Shown here piece by piece: positions 48,583-57,971 of a DNA stretch of 64,000 bases. Made by a program: the position numbers and the translations under genes. Location: IMG/VR virus record IMGVR_UViG_3300032323_001070, positions 1 through 64,000 of that record; one strand, given 5' to 3'. The notes under the pieces are model-generated. The model worked only from the letters and a program-made list of their open reading frames with translations, did not search any database and was not told the DNA's origin. The number at the start of each line of letters is the position of its first letter. Positions within the stretch are counted from its first letter, which is position 1. Origin of the DNA: a virus.

Positions 48583-50667
48583 ATGGACGCAAGAAATAAC
48601 ATTTCAACTGATTTATTCTACAAAATTCGTAGCCGCTTCTCTGGCCTTAAATTAGGGGGAGAAGACGGTGCTATTACTATCAATCCAGAAGACGCTAGAT
48701 TCTTCGACTTTGATTATATGGAGGGAGAAACTCCGTTAGGACATGTCAGCATTAGTTTAGCTGAACCCAATTCTATGAAAGTTTATTTCAGTACAGGAAT
48801 CACTGAATCAATGGAAGAGTCTCAAAAAGACAATTGGTACGGTTTCCTTAGAGAACTGAGACAGTTTGCTAAAAAGCGTCTAATGGCGTTCGATACCCGA
48901 GACATTACTAAAGACAATCTTGATAAAAGAGATTATCAATTTTTAAGTCAAAATGCTCAACCTAAACCAGAAACGTCAGCGAATATTATACAAAAACCAG
49001 TCGGAGAAAGTGTTATGAGTGAAAGCGCAATGTACGGTACAAAGACCGTCAGCTATCAAAAATTAATGGATACACGTTTGATTATTAAGCATAGTCAAGC
49101 ACTAGTAGACGATACACAGCCAGGTGCAAGAACTCGTCATATCTCTGCATTATTTGTAGAAAACCAAGACGGTGAAAGATTTAAATATCCATTCATCCAT
49201 TTAGCAGGTGCTCGTGCTATGCAACGACATGTGGCCAATGGCGGATTACCGTATGATGATCTCGGTAAGAGTATTATCACTATGAGCGAAGAAATCGCTC
49301 AACTAAAAAGTTTTTCAAACTATGTTGTTCGTAACGATCTAATGAACTCAGATACTAACGGCATCGTTGAAAGAAGCTCACAGGCATTAAACAGTTTACG
49401 TGAACAAATCAAAGCATTGGCAAAACAAGGTCATTATGAGGCTTACAAAGAAAGTTTCCAGGCACGTGAACAGGTAGAAATTCCACAAGACGTAGTAGAA
49501 GATTTTAAAGAAAAATTCACTGTAAGAAATTTTAAAGAAGATATTAAATCTGTTTTCCCTGTACTGTACAGATTAATGCAAGAAGAAAATACCTTAGGCT
49601 ATGACGACATAGTCGCAATGACTTCACATCAGGACGAAGAGCAATTTAATGACGATGTAGAAGTTTCTGAACAAATAGATGATTTTGAAAAATTTGAATC
49701 ATGGGTAATGGGACTAGGTGAAGAAAGTGCTATTGCCAGCCAAGATCAAGAAGAACAAGCAGAGGCTATCAAACAATTACAGGAATTAGTCGGCGAACAT
49801 TTCCCAGCAGGTGTAGACGGCAGCAATGCTATTGAAAGCCTTAAAGGTCTTATTGACGATCCAGAATTGTTTAAACAAATCAAAGATCAAGCCAAAGAAG
49901 ATCCAGACAGTTGTGTTCGACCACTAGTAAAACAATGGCTAGAAGATAATGCTCCAGACGTAGTAAGCAAGTTAGATTTTGGAGATATGACAGAGCCAGG
50001 TCAAGAAGAACCAGAAGCAGGTGCAGAAGAAGTTCCTGCAGATCAAGCTGCTGCAGAAGTTCCTGCAGAAGAACCAGTAACACAAGGTGACGACAACGAA
50101 GAAGGCAGAGAAGGCCGAGGTAGAATGAATGTTAAAGAACTTGCTGAATTTATTACCTCGTTCTATGACAAAGATTCAGGCACATTCCCTAAAGGACCAG
50201 AAGGCGTTTGCACTATGGTAGGCAAGAAGTTTGGTGAACAGGCAGAACAAGTTGCTCGTAAATTTGTAGAAAGAATGGCACCACAACAAACATCTGAAAA
50301 TAATCCAGAATTAGCAGAATTGGCTCGTATCGGAGAACTAGCAGGTGTTAGCGAAGGCCCGATGTGGGACAAAGTGAAAGCATTTGGAAAGGCAGCAGGT
50401 GACAAAGTCATGCGCCACGCAGACATAACTGGATATACAAAGGCCAAACAAAATTTTGAAAAATGGATCGATTCTCATCCAGAACTAGAACCAGAAAAAG
50501 AAAATCTTCTTTCTAAATTTGATGCAGAAGCAGAAGAAGATCCACATACTCCGTGGAACTGGGGTAAGTATGCACTAGAAAAATGGAAGGAAGAGAAAAA
50601 GTCCGGAGCAGTTAATCAAGAATCTAATGACGAATTATCAAGAGTAAAAGCGTTAGCAGGCATGTAA
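48583..50667 (+). CDS. Large acidic hypothetical (probable head-associated) protein
   Basis: Start at ATG 48583, 5 nt after TAAATA; twin EL.R...LAG motifs near the C-terminus. Confidence 0.7.
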   Translation: MDARNNISTDLFYKIRSRFSGLKLGGEDGAITINPEDARFFDFDYMEGETPLGHVSISLAEPNSMKVYFSTGITESMEESQKDNWYGFLRELRQFAKKRLMAFDTRDITKDNLDKRDYQFLSQNAQPKPETSANIIQKPVGESVMSESAMYGTKTVSYQKLMDTRLIIKHSQALVDDTQPGARTRHISALFVENQDGERFKYPFIHLAGARAMQRHVANGGLPYDDLGKSIITMSEEIAQLKSFSNYVVRNDLMNSDTNGIVERSSQALNSLREQIKALAKQGHYEAYKESFQAREQVEIPQDVVEDFKEKFTVRNFKEDIKSVFPVLYRLMQEENTLGYDDIVAMTSHQDEEQFNDDVEVSEQIDDFEKFESWVMGLGEESAIASQDQEEQAEAIKQLQELVGEHFPAGVDGSNAIESLKGLIDDPELFKQIKDQAKEDPDSCVRPLVKQWLEDNAPDVVSKLDFGDMTEPGQEEPEAGAEEVPADQAAAEVPAEEPVTQGDDNEEGREGRGRMNVKELAEFITSFYDKDSGTFPKGPEGVCTMVGKKFGEQAEQVARKFVERMAPQQTSENNPELAELARIGELAGVSEGPMWDKVKAFGKAAGDKVMRHADITGYTKAKQNFEKWIDSHPELEPEKENLLSKFDAEAEEDPHTPWNWGKYALEKWKEEKKSGAVNQESNDELSRVKALAGM

Positions 50668-50690
50668 AAATTAATTACATATTAAAGATT

Positions 50691-50714
50691 GGGCACTTCG
50701 GTGCCCTTTCTTTT
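50691..50714 (+). terminator. Intrinsic terminator
   Basis: gggcac-ttcg-gtgccc followed by tttctttt. Confidence 0.85.
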
Positions 50715-50734
50715 GTCAGTTTTACCAAATCATG

Positions 50735-50790
50735 TTAACCACTATCTGTTCCTTTGCGTTATATATATAGTTGTCGAATTTCTCGACAAC
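50735..50790 (+). promoter_or_regulatory. ECF-sigma-like promoter followed by an inverted repeat
   Basis: TAACC-N16-CGTT (50736-50760); gttgtcga-atttc-tcgacaac (50770-50790). Confidence 0.5.
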
Positions 50791-50813
50791 AATAACAAAA
50801 TGGAGATTTTCAT

Positions 50814-51005
50814 ATGAAATCAATCGTTGCATTAACCGCTGCTCTTTTCGCAGCCACAACAGCATTTGCACAAGCACCTGCTAAGAAAGAAGAAGCCAAA
50901 CCAGCTGCACCTGCTGCCGCTGCACCGGCTAAGGATGCTAAGGCTGCTCCAGCACCTGCTGCTCCTGCTAAGAAAGAAGAAAAGAAAGACGCAGCTAAGA
51001 AGTAA
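50814..51005 (+). CDS. Small secreted Ala/Pro/Lys-rich protein
   Basis: Sec signal peptide MKSIVALTAALFAATTAFA-Q, then PAKKEE repeats; SD GGAG; own terminator. Confidence 0.85.
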   Translation: MKSIVALTAALFAATTAFAQAPAKKEEAKPAAPAAAAPAKDAKAAPAPAAPAKKEEKKDAAKK

Positions 51006-51015
51006 TGAGCGATTG

Positions 51016-51044
51016 AAAGGGCTCTTTTTAGAGCCTTTTCTTTT
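51016..51044 (+). terminator. Intrinsic terminator
   Basis: aaagggctct-tttt-agagcctttt followed by ctttt. Confidence 0.8.
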
Positions 51045-51164
51045 GGCAAAATAATCTATCACGTTTGAAAGAAAATAGTTTGCTTTTACTAAATAAAAAG
51101 CGCATAATATGTTTATGCGAAAGGCATATAAGTCATTTACACTAAGGCATAAGGAGGCTATAAA

Positions 51165-52139
51165 ATGGCAACATTAGCAGAAATTCGTGCTAAACTTCAA
51201 GAAGCACAAAATAAGAGCACAGGCTCTACATCAAGCGGCGGCGACAACGCAATTTACCCACACTGGAATATGCAAGAAGGCAAAGAAGCCGTAGTACGGT
51301 TCTTACCTGACGGCAATGCCAATAACACTTTCTTCTGGGTTGAACGAGCAATGATTAAATTGCCGTTTGCAGGAATCAAAGGCGAAACAGATTCACGTCA
51401 AGTACAAGTTCAAGTACCTTGCGTTGAAATGTACAACGATGGTTCAGTATGTCCTATCTTGTCAGAAGTTCGTGGTTGGTTCAAAGACAAGAGTCTAGAA
51501 GACATGGGTCGTAAGTATTGGAAGAAGCGTTCATATATTTTCCAAGGTTTTGTCGTTGAAGATCCAATCAAAGAAGATAAGACACCAGAAAATCCTATCC
51601 GTAGATTTATCATTGGTCCTCAAATCTATCAATTGATCCGCGGTGCATTAATGGATCCAGAGTTGGATGAGTTGCCAACTGACTACCTTAAAGGTGTTGA
51701 CTTTAAGATTGCTAAGACTAGCAAAGGTGGTTTCGCAGACTACTCTACATCAAAGTGGAGCCGTAGAGAACGTGCTCTAGCAGATGCTGAGCAGGCAGCG
51801 ATCAATCAATATGGTCTTTTTGATCTGTCTGCATTCTTACCTAAGAAACCTTCAGATATTGAACTCAAGGTCATGAAAGAAATGTTCGAAGCGTCTGTTG
51901 ACGGTGAGGCATATGACATGGATCGCTGGGGTCAATACTTCAAACCCGCAGGTATGGGCTCAGCCACAGGTGATCCTGTAGCAAAAGCCAAAGCGGTGCC
52001 ATCATCCGAAGAATACGATGACGAACCTGTAGCAGCACCTGCTCCTGCTCCTAAAGCAGAAGCTCCGGCAGCAACAGCAGATGGTGCTAGTCGTGCGCAA
52101 GACATTCTTGCCAAGATTCGCGCTCGTCAGAGTCAATAA
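51165..52139 (+). CDS. gp32: Single-stranded DNA-binding protein (T4 gp32-like)
   Basis: AVVRFLP, CVEMY..CPI, YWKKRSY, DFKI.KT..G.FADYSTSKW; SD AAGGAGG; TATAAT 51105-51110. Confidence 0.9.
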   Translation: MATLAEIRAKLQEAQNKSTGSTSSGGDNAIYPHWNMQEGKEAVVRFLPDGNANNTFFWVERAMIKLPFAGIKGETDSRQVQVQVPCVEMYNDGSVCPILSEVRGWFKDKSLEDMGRKYWKKRSYIFQGFVVEDPIKEDKTPENPIRRFIIGPQIYQLIRGALMDPELDELPTDYLKGVDFKIAKTSKGGFADYSTSKWSRRERALADAEQAAINQYGLFDLSAFLPKKPSDIELKVMKEMFEASVDGEAYDMDRWGQYFKPAGMGSATGDPVAKAKAVPSSEEYDDEPVAAPAPAPKAEAPAATADGASRAQDILAKIRARQSQ

Positions 52140-52198
52140 TAATAAACAGAAGAGTATGGGGTAATGCCCATACTCTCTTACCATAATAGGAGATTAAG

Positions 52199-52390
52199 AT
52201 GGCAAAATTAAGTAAACTAGCAAAGGTAAACGAATCGATTACTATCAATCGCTACGACAATGGTTGGATGATTGAAATTGGCGGTCGTGACAAAAAAGAA
52301 GAATGGAAAACCACTAAGACCATGTGTAACACAGAAGATGAATTAATTGCTGTGATCAAAGAGTGGAACTCAATGGACCTGGATAACTAA
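52199..52390 (+). CDS. Hypothetical protein
   Basis: 63 aa with SD AGGAG. Confidence 0.7.
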   Translation: MAKLSKLAKVNESITINRYDNGWMIEIGGRDKKEEWKTTKTMCNTEDELIAVIKEWNSMDLDN

Positions 52391-52391
52391 T

Positions 52392-53474
52392 ATGGCTAAA
52401 GCATTTGATATTTCTAAATTTAGAAAGTCAATTACAAAGTCTATTGAAGGCTTGTCAATTGGCTTTAACGATCCAACTGATTGGGTGTCAACAGGTAACT
52501 ACGCACTGAACTATCTTATCAGCGGAGACTTTCATAGGGGAGTTCCTCTGGGCAAAGTCACTGTATTTGCTGGCGAGAGCGGTGCAGGTAAATCTTATAT
52601 TTGTTCTGGTAACCTTATCAAGGCAGCACAAGCACAAGGCATTTATCCTATCCTAATTGATACAGAAAATGCACTTGATGAAGATTGGCTTAAGGCACTA
52701 GGCGTAGACACAGCCGAAGATAAGTTGTTGAAACTTAACATGGCTATGATTGACGATGTAGCAAAAACTATTACAGAATTTGTTGCAGAATATAAACAGA
52801 TGCCAGAAGACAGTCGTCCTAAAGTGTTGTTTGTTCTTGACTCACTAGGTATGTTGTTAACTCCAACAGACGTTAATCAGTTCGAAGCAGGCGATTTAAA
52901 AGGTGATATGGGCCGTAAGCCTAAAGCACTAACAGCACTGGTTCGTAACTGTGTGAACATGTTTGGTTCATTAAACATTGGTCTAGTAGCTACTAATCAC
53001 ACATACGCTTCACAAGATATGTTTGATCCAGATGACAAGATCTCTGGTGGTCAAGGCTTTATCTATGCGTCAAGTATCGTGGTAGCGATGAAGAAACTCA
53101 AGCTCAAAGAAGACGATGACGGTAACAAGATCACAGAAGTTCGCGGTATCCGTGCGGCTTGTAAGATCATGAAAACTCGTTATGCTAAACCGTTTGAATC
53201 AGTACAAGTGAAGATTCCTTACGAAACAGGTATGAATCCGTATAGCGGACTGGTAGACCTGGCTGAAGCTAAAGGTATGCTCAAGAAAGAAGGTAACAGT
53301 CTTGTATATGTAACTAAAGACGGTGAAATCATCAAGCAGTTCCGCAAGGCTTGGGAGAGAAACGAGAATGATGGTTTAGATGCTATCATGAACGATATTT
53401 CTAAATATGGCGAAAAAGTCAATTCTGAGATAACTAATAATGATGTTGTATCTGAACCGGAGAGCGCAGAATGA
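52392..53474 (+). CDS. uvsX: RecA-like recombinase
   Basis: AGESGAGKS Walker A, IDTENALD, VLDSLGML, TNHTY, ISGG. Confidence 0.93.
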   Translation: MAKAFDISKFRKSITKSIEGLSIGFNDPTDWVSTGNYALNYLISGDFHRGVPLGKVTVFAGESGAGKSYICSGNLIKAAQAQGIYPILIDTENALDEDWLKALGVDTAEDKLLKLNMAMIDDVAKTITEFVAEYKQMPEDSRPKVLFVLDSLGMLLTPTDVNQFEAGDLKGDMGRKPKALTALVRNCVNMFGSLNIGLVATNHTYASQDMFDPDDKISGGQGFIYASSIVVAMKKLKLKEDDDGNKITEVRGIRAACKIMKTRYAKPFESVQVKIPYETGMNPYSGLVDLAEAKGMLKKEGNSLVYVTKDGEIIKQFRKAWERNENDGLDAIMNDISKYGEKVNSEITNNDVVSEPESAE

Positions 53475-53704
53475 AAGAAGATTTAATTGCCGACTTGTGG
53501 AATGTAGTAGTAGAACATATTCCTGAAAAACAAAAGAAAGATGTAGCACATGATTTTGTTAACACACTCATGGACTACGGAATCAAAGAGTCGACCGTTG
53601 AAAGCCTATTAGGTGTCGATCCTTACCTCGATGAAGCTATTGAATACGTCATTGACGGTGAGGAAATCCAAGAAGATGAAGATTACTACGAAGACGAAGA
53701 CTAA
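53471..53704 (+). CDS. Small acidic hypothetical protein
   Basis: 77 aa, coupled to uvsX and uvsY. Confidence 0.7.
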   Translation: MKEDLIADLWNVVVEHIPEKQKKDVAHDFVNTLMDYGIKESTVESLLGVDPYLDEAIEYVIDGEEIQEDEDYYEDED

Positions 53705-54159
53705 TGAATTGGTATGATAAAGTTTCGAGGGATATTAGTAACATCCCCGATGCCGTGGCCTATTATGAAGCCGAACTGTTAGCGGCAAAACAAGATGTCC
53801 GCGTAGCTGGTAACATCGAGAAAGCCTCAGCGCAGATGCCCGGCATCGTTGAAACTAGATTTAATCAACTTCAGGAAATTGAGGGTATCTTAGAATATCT
53901 CAATATCGAACTTCGTCGACTACGTAGTCAGCATTTTCGCAAGTATCTTGAAAACTATCAACGCAGCTTGTCCTCTAGAGACTGTGAAAAGTTTGTAGAG
54001 GGCGAAGCTGATGTTGTAGACTTTGAAAAGATCATCAACGATTTTGCACTGTTAAGAAACAAGTGGTTAGGCATTATCAAAGCCTTAGATATCAAACAGT
54101 GGCAGTTATCAAATATCGTTAAATTAAGAACTGCTGGCTTAGAAGACGCCACTCTTTAA
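53704..54159 (+). CDS. uvsY: Recombination mediator UvsY-like
   Basis: Helical; KYLE.Y...LSSRD.EK, K.LD.K.WQL.NIVKLRTAG; adjacent to uvsX. Confidence 0.8.
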   Translation: MNWYDKVSRDISNIPDAVAYYEAELLAAKQDVRVAGNIEKASAQMPGIVETRFNQLQEIEGILEYLNIELRRLRSQHFRKYLENYQRSLSSRDCEKFVEGEADVVDFEKIINDFALLRNKWLGIIKALDIKQWQLSNIVKLRTAGLEDATL

Positions 54160-54179
54160 TTATACCAGTAAACTGCCCA

Positions 54180-54187
54180 TATAAATA
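54180..54187 (+). promoter_or_regulatory. Perfect T4 late promoter TATAAATA heading the glycan cluster
   Basis: TATAAATA-agact-ATG(54193). Confidence 0.8.
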
Positions 54188-54192
54188 AGACT

Positions 54193-54960
54193 ATGAAAAT
54201 AGTCTTAGTTACAGGTGGGTTTGATCCCATACATTCCGGGCACATTGCCTATTTCAAAGCAGCACGTTCACTAGGTGATATGCTCCTAGTTGGAATCAAT
54301 TCTGACGAATGGCTTGTTCGTAAAAAGGGTCGTGCGTTTATGCCCTGGAACGAACGCCTTTGTATAATCAATAATCTATCAATGGTTGACGAAGTTTATA
54401 CCTTCGATGACGAAGACGGTTCTGCTAAAGAATTTATTAAACAGGTTCGAGCGCATTATCCAGATGCAGAATTGATATTTGCCAACGGCGGCGATCGCAC
54501 TGCAAAAAATATTCCAGAAATGGACGTTGAAGATTCTAATTTAAAATTTGAATTTGGAGTCGGAGGCGAAGATAAAAAGAATTCTAGCTCATGGATTCTA
54601 ACTGAATGGAAATCGCCCAAGACTGAAAGAACCTGGGGCTACTATCGTGTATTACACGAAATACCAGGATGTAAAGTCAAAGAACTAACTGTAGATCCTG
54701 GTAAGAGCCTAAGCCTGCAACGACATCGAGATAGAACTGAAATATGGTTAGTATCTGAAGGTCAGTGTATGGTAGAACATCACGGGCATGCCATAGAGAC
54801 TGACGAATATCTAATACACACCCCTTTAAAGGAACATACTGAGTTTCATATTCCTAGAACTAAATGGCATAGACTTTTTAATCCGTATGAAACTCCATGC
54901 CGGATCGTGGAAATACAATACGGCGATAGATGCGATGAAGAGGATATAGAAAGAAGATGA
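54193..54960 (+). CDS. Cytidylyltransferase-like (HIGH) domain fused to a mannose-6-P-isomerase-type cupin
   Basis: VTGGFDPIHSGH, GINSDEWL.RKKG, FANGGDR; C-terminal ERTWGYY..., V.PGKSLSLQRH..R.E.W, IVEIQYG..C.EEDIER. Confidence 0.85.
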   Translation: MKIVLVTGGFDPIHSGHIAYFKAARSLGDMLLVGINSDEWLVRKKGRAFMPWNERLCIINNLSMVDEVYTFDDEDGSAKEFIKQVRAHYPDAELIFANGGDRTAKNIPEMDVEDSNLKFEFGVGGEDKKNSSSWILTEWKSPKTERTWGYYRVLHEIPGCKVKELTVDPGKSLSLQRHRDRTEIWLVSEGQCMVEHHGHAIETDEYLIHTPLKEHTEFHIPRTKWHRLFNPYETPCRIVEIQYGDRCDEEDIERR

Positions 54961-55634
54961 TTCCAATTTTTATAGGTTATGATCCTAGAGAAGCAGTAGC
55001 ATTTCACGTTTGTACAAATAGTATAATCCGTCAATCAAGTCAGCCGGTGAGTATTAATCCGCTGGCATTAAACATTCTTAAAGATTATAAAGAAACACAC
55101 ACTGACGGTAGTAATCATTTCATCTACAGCAGATTCCTTGTACCACATTTAATGAATTATCAAGGGTGGGCTATATTCATGGATGGTGATATGTTACTGC
55201 GAGATGATATAGCTAAATTATGGGAGCTTCGAGATGAATCAAAAGCAGTTCAAGTCGTCAAACATGATTATAAAACCAGACTTACTGAAAAGTATCTTGG
55301 AGCGAAGAACGAGAACTATCCTCGTAAAAATTGGAGTTCTGTTATTCTTTGGAATTGTCATCATCCTGCAAATGCTACAGTAACTCCTGACTTTGTACAG
55401 AATGCCACTGGGGCACAGGTACACAGATTTACGTGGTTATCTGATGACCTCATAGGAGAGTTACCCATCGAATGGAATTGGTTGCCGGATGAGTTTGGAG
55501 CCAACCCCGATGCTAAATTATTACATTATACATTGGGTACTCCTAGTTTCCACGAATTCGCCACAACTCCTATGGGAGATGAATGGCACAGAGAACGGAT
55601 CTATACTGAGTACTGTCTACAGCATAATCTATGA
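54957..55634 (+). CDS. GT-A glycosyltransferase (GT8-like)
   Basis: IFIGYDPRE, F.YSRFLVP, FMDGDM (DxD), YPRKNWSSV, LP.EWNWL, LHYTLGTP. Confidence 0.8.
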   Translation: MIPIFIGYDPREAVAFHVCTNSIIRQSSQPVSINPLALNILKDYKETHTDGSNHFIYSRFLVPHLMNYQGWAIFMDGDMLLRDDIAKLWELRDESKAVQVVKHDYKTRLTEKYLGAKNENYPRKNWSSVILWNCHHPANATVTPDFVQNATGAQVHRFTWLSDDLIGELPIEWNWLPDEFGANPDAKLLHYTLGTPSFHEFATTPMGDEWHRERIYTEYCLQHNL

Positions 55635-56401
55635 TTTCTTACATTAAGAAAGATCTCTCCCAACAGTATAATATCGGAGATGATCTTTGCACTCCGGACA
55701 AATATTTTAAAATAGAATCTGAAAATAATCTTTTTATAATCGGCGGCGGTGCATACGTAGACCACGGATTAAAAAGATTAAAAAAATTAAATATTGATCC
55801 TAAAAAAGTAGTAGCATGGGGTCTTGGAACATCTGATAAAAAATTAACAGATAGTAAATTAAAATCTTTGCCTTATTTAGATTGGGGTGTAAGAGATCTT
55901 GATACAGTTTCAGCAGACAAATTCCTTCCTTGTGTTAGTTGTTTTAATCGACAGATAACATCAGCACCTAAAGACGATAATACCTTGATATTTTTAAATG
56001 CCAATGACAAAGTTTCTGGCGATATCGATATTGATCAACCTTATCTAACAAATGCAGTATCAATGGATGAATTTATACGACACTGGAGTATTTCAGATAA
56101 AGTTATTACAAATTCATATCATGGAATTTATTGGTCATTATTAACTGGAAGATCTGTAATGCCGTTCGGATACTCTTCTAAGTTTTTCAGCGTGTTAAAG
56201 ATGTTTGAAAAAGAATTACCACAAGAAAACTTTTATAAAATAAAAAGCAAAACTGAGCTAACTGAATTATTATCAACAGCTATTAAAGATCCTAAATTTA
56301 TATCTGTGAAAGATTCTAATCTCTTTTTAGATAGATTTAGAAGTTTAAATTATCAGTTTGCTGCGGGTCTATCTCGATTTGGTATTAGGTGCAGTCTATG
56401 A
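55631..56401 (+). CDS. Polysaccharide pyruvyltransferase-like protein
   Basis: NIGDD, IIGGG, AWGLG, GVRD, ITNSYHGIYWSLL.GR motifs. Confidence 0.65.
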   Translation: MISYIKKDLSQQYNIGDDLCTPDKYFKIESENNLFIIGGGAYVDHGLKRLKKLNIDPKKVVAWGLGTSDKKLTDSKLKSLPYLDWGVRDLDTVSADKFLPCVSCFNRQITSAPKDDNTLIFLNANDKVSGDIDIDQPYLTNAVSMDEFIRHWSISDKVITNSYHGIYWSLLTGRSVMPFGYSSKFFSVLKMFEKELPQENFYKIKSKTELTELLSTAIKDPKFISVKDSNLFLDRFRSLNYQFAAGLSRFGIRCSL

Positions 56402-57207
56402 GTGAATGGATTTTTCTAAGCAAAGACGGCGAAGACGAATATATCAATATGTTCGCTAAAGGATGTAAATCTCCTATAGTCAGCACAGAACATTTTGTAT
56501 ACGAATCTAGTAATGCTCCTATAGTGCTTAGGGGAATAATGAAGCACAAGATCATGAAACAATGCTGGAATGACGGCAGAACTTTTTATTATGTAGACAG
56601 TGGATACTTTGGTAATCAACCAAATCCTCTCAATCCGCAAGGTTGGAAAGTTTGGCACCGTATCGTTAAAAACGATCTTCAGCACGACAAAATCGTTGAG
56701 CGACCCAATGATAGATGGCTGCGACTTAAACAGAATTTAGAACCTTGGAAAAAGTCTGGAAGAAAAATATTGATAGCGGCGCCCGACGAAAAACCCTGTA
56801 AGTTTTACGGAATAGATTTAGAAACGTGGATCAATGAAACTATGGAGACTATTAAAAAGTATACTGATAGGCCCATAGAAGTAAGATCTCGAGCACCTAA
56901 TAGGATTGACAGGATACAGAATTCTACATTAAAACAGGCGTTAGATAACGATGTGTTTGCATTGGTCACTTACAACTCAAACGCTGCCACGGAAGCAGTG
57001 ATGTACGGTTATCCTGCATTTACCCTAGCTCCAACAAATGCTGCTGGACCAGTTAGTTCTCAAGATCTTTCCAAAATCAACGAGCCTTACTATCCTAACA
57101 GAGATAAATTATATGCCTGGGCCTGTCATTTAGCCTATGGACAATTTCACAACGACGAATTAAAAAACGGAACTGCAAAAAAAATATTGGAAGAACAGCA
57201 TGGATGA
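56398..57207 (+). CDS. Capsule-synthesis (KpsC/KpsS-like) GT-B transferase, paralog 1
   Basis: YYVDSGYFG, VTYNSNAATEA...GYP, LAYGQF...EL..G. Confidence 0.65.
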   Translation: MSEWIFLSKDGEDEYINMFAKGCKSPIVSTEHFVYESSNAPIVLRGIMKHKIMKQCWNDGRTFYYVDSGYFGNQPNPLNPQGWKVWHRIVKNDLQHDKIVERPNDRWLRLKQNLEPWKKSGRKILIAAPDEKPCKFYGIDLETWINETMETIKKYTDRPIEVRSRAPNRIDRIQNSTLKQALDNDVFALVTYNSNAATEAVMYGYPAFTLAPTNAAGPVSSQDLSKINEPYYPNRDKLYAWACHLAYGQFHNDELKNGTAKKILEEQHG

Positions 57208-57970
57208 AATACTTTATAACTACATCAAGAAAGGTTGCAATAACGCAATAGAAAGCGATCCTAATTTAGAATCTACAAAGCCTTTGTTGATTCGGGGTAT
57301 TGCTTCTAAAAAACATATCTATAAATGTCAGAATACCGGAAGAGATTTTTATTATCTAGACACAGGATATTTTGGCAACTATCCATCAAAACATAATCCA
57401 ATAGGAAAAAAATTATTTCATAGACTTGTAAAAAATGAATTGCAGTTATCAAAGATTTTAGACGTACCCGGTGATCGTTGGGAAGCAGTGGCTAAAACTG
57501 ATCCTAGATTACAATTTAAAGGTTGGAAGAAAAACGGATCCCATATATTGGTATTATTACCGACGCCTAAAGCATGTAAGTTCTATGGCTTCGAATATGA
57601 GCAATGGGTCAGTACTACTATCGAAACATTAAAAGCGAATACTGATAGAAAAATCGTATTAAGAGAAAAACCCGGTAGAAAAGACAGGAAAGTAATATCC
57701 AGTGTCTATGATCAGATGGACGGCGCCTTTGCCACAATATCTCTTAACAGTATCGCAGCTATCGAATCAATATTATACGGAGTTCCTCATTTTGCCGCAG
57801 TTTCGTGTTGCGGAACTCCTTTGGTATCAACTGACTTTTCTAAAATAGAAACTCCTTATTTTCCCGACGAGCGCCAGATACAATTAAAATGTAATAGTCT
57901 AGCTTATAATCAATTCACTACCGAAGAAATGAAAGACGGTACTGCTTGGAAAATACTCCAACAATATTAA
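57200..57970 (+). CDS. Capsule-synthesis-like GT-B transferase, paralog 2
   Basis: YYLDTGYFG, SLNSIAAIES...GVP, LAYNQFT.EE..G.AW. Confidence 0.65.
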   Translation: MDEILYNYIKKGCNNAIESDPNLESTKPLLIRGIASKKHIYKCQNTGRDFYYLDTGYFGNYPSKHNPIGKKLFHRLVKNELQLSKILDVPGDRWEAVAKTDPRLQFKGWKKNGSHILVLLPTPKACKFYGFEYEQWVSTTIETLKANTDRKIVLREKPGRKDRKVISSVYDQMDGAFATISLNSIAAIESILYGVPHFAAVSCCGTPLVSTDFSKIETPYFPDERQIQLKCNSLAYNQFTTEEMKDGTAWKILQQY

Positions 57971-57971
57971 A

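Noticed and set aside
51079-51110. T4 MotA box (TTTGCTT) middle promoter before gp32
   Set aside because: Spacing to TATAAT is 19 nt, too long for a MotA box; more likely a loose -35 or chance.
52151-52176. 10-bp hairpin after gp32 as a terminator
   Set aside because: Lacks a U-tract; may be a stability or processing stem, so not called.
46985-53474. Inteins or introns in terminase, gp32 or UvsX
   Set aside because: Normal lengths, contiguous motifs and no splicing signatures.
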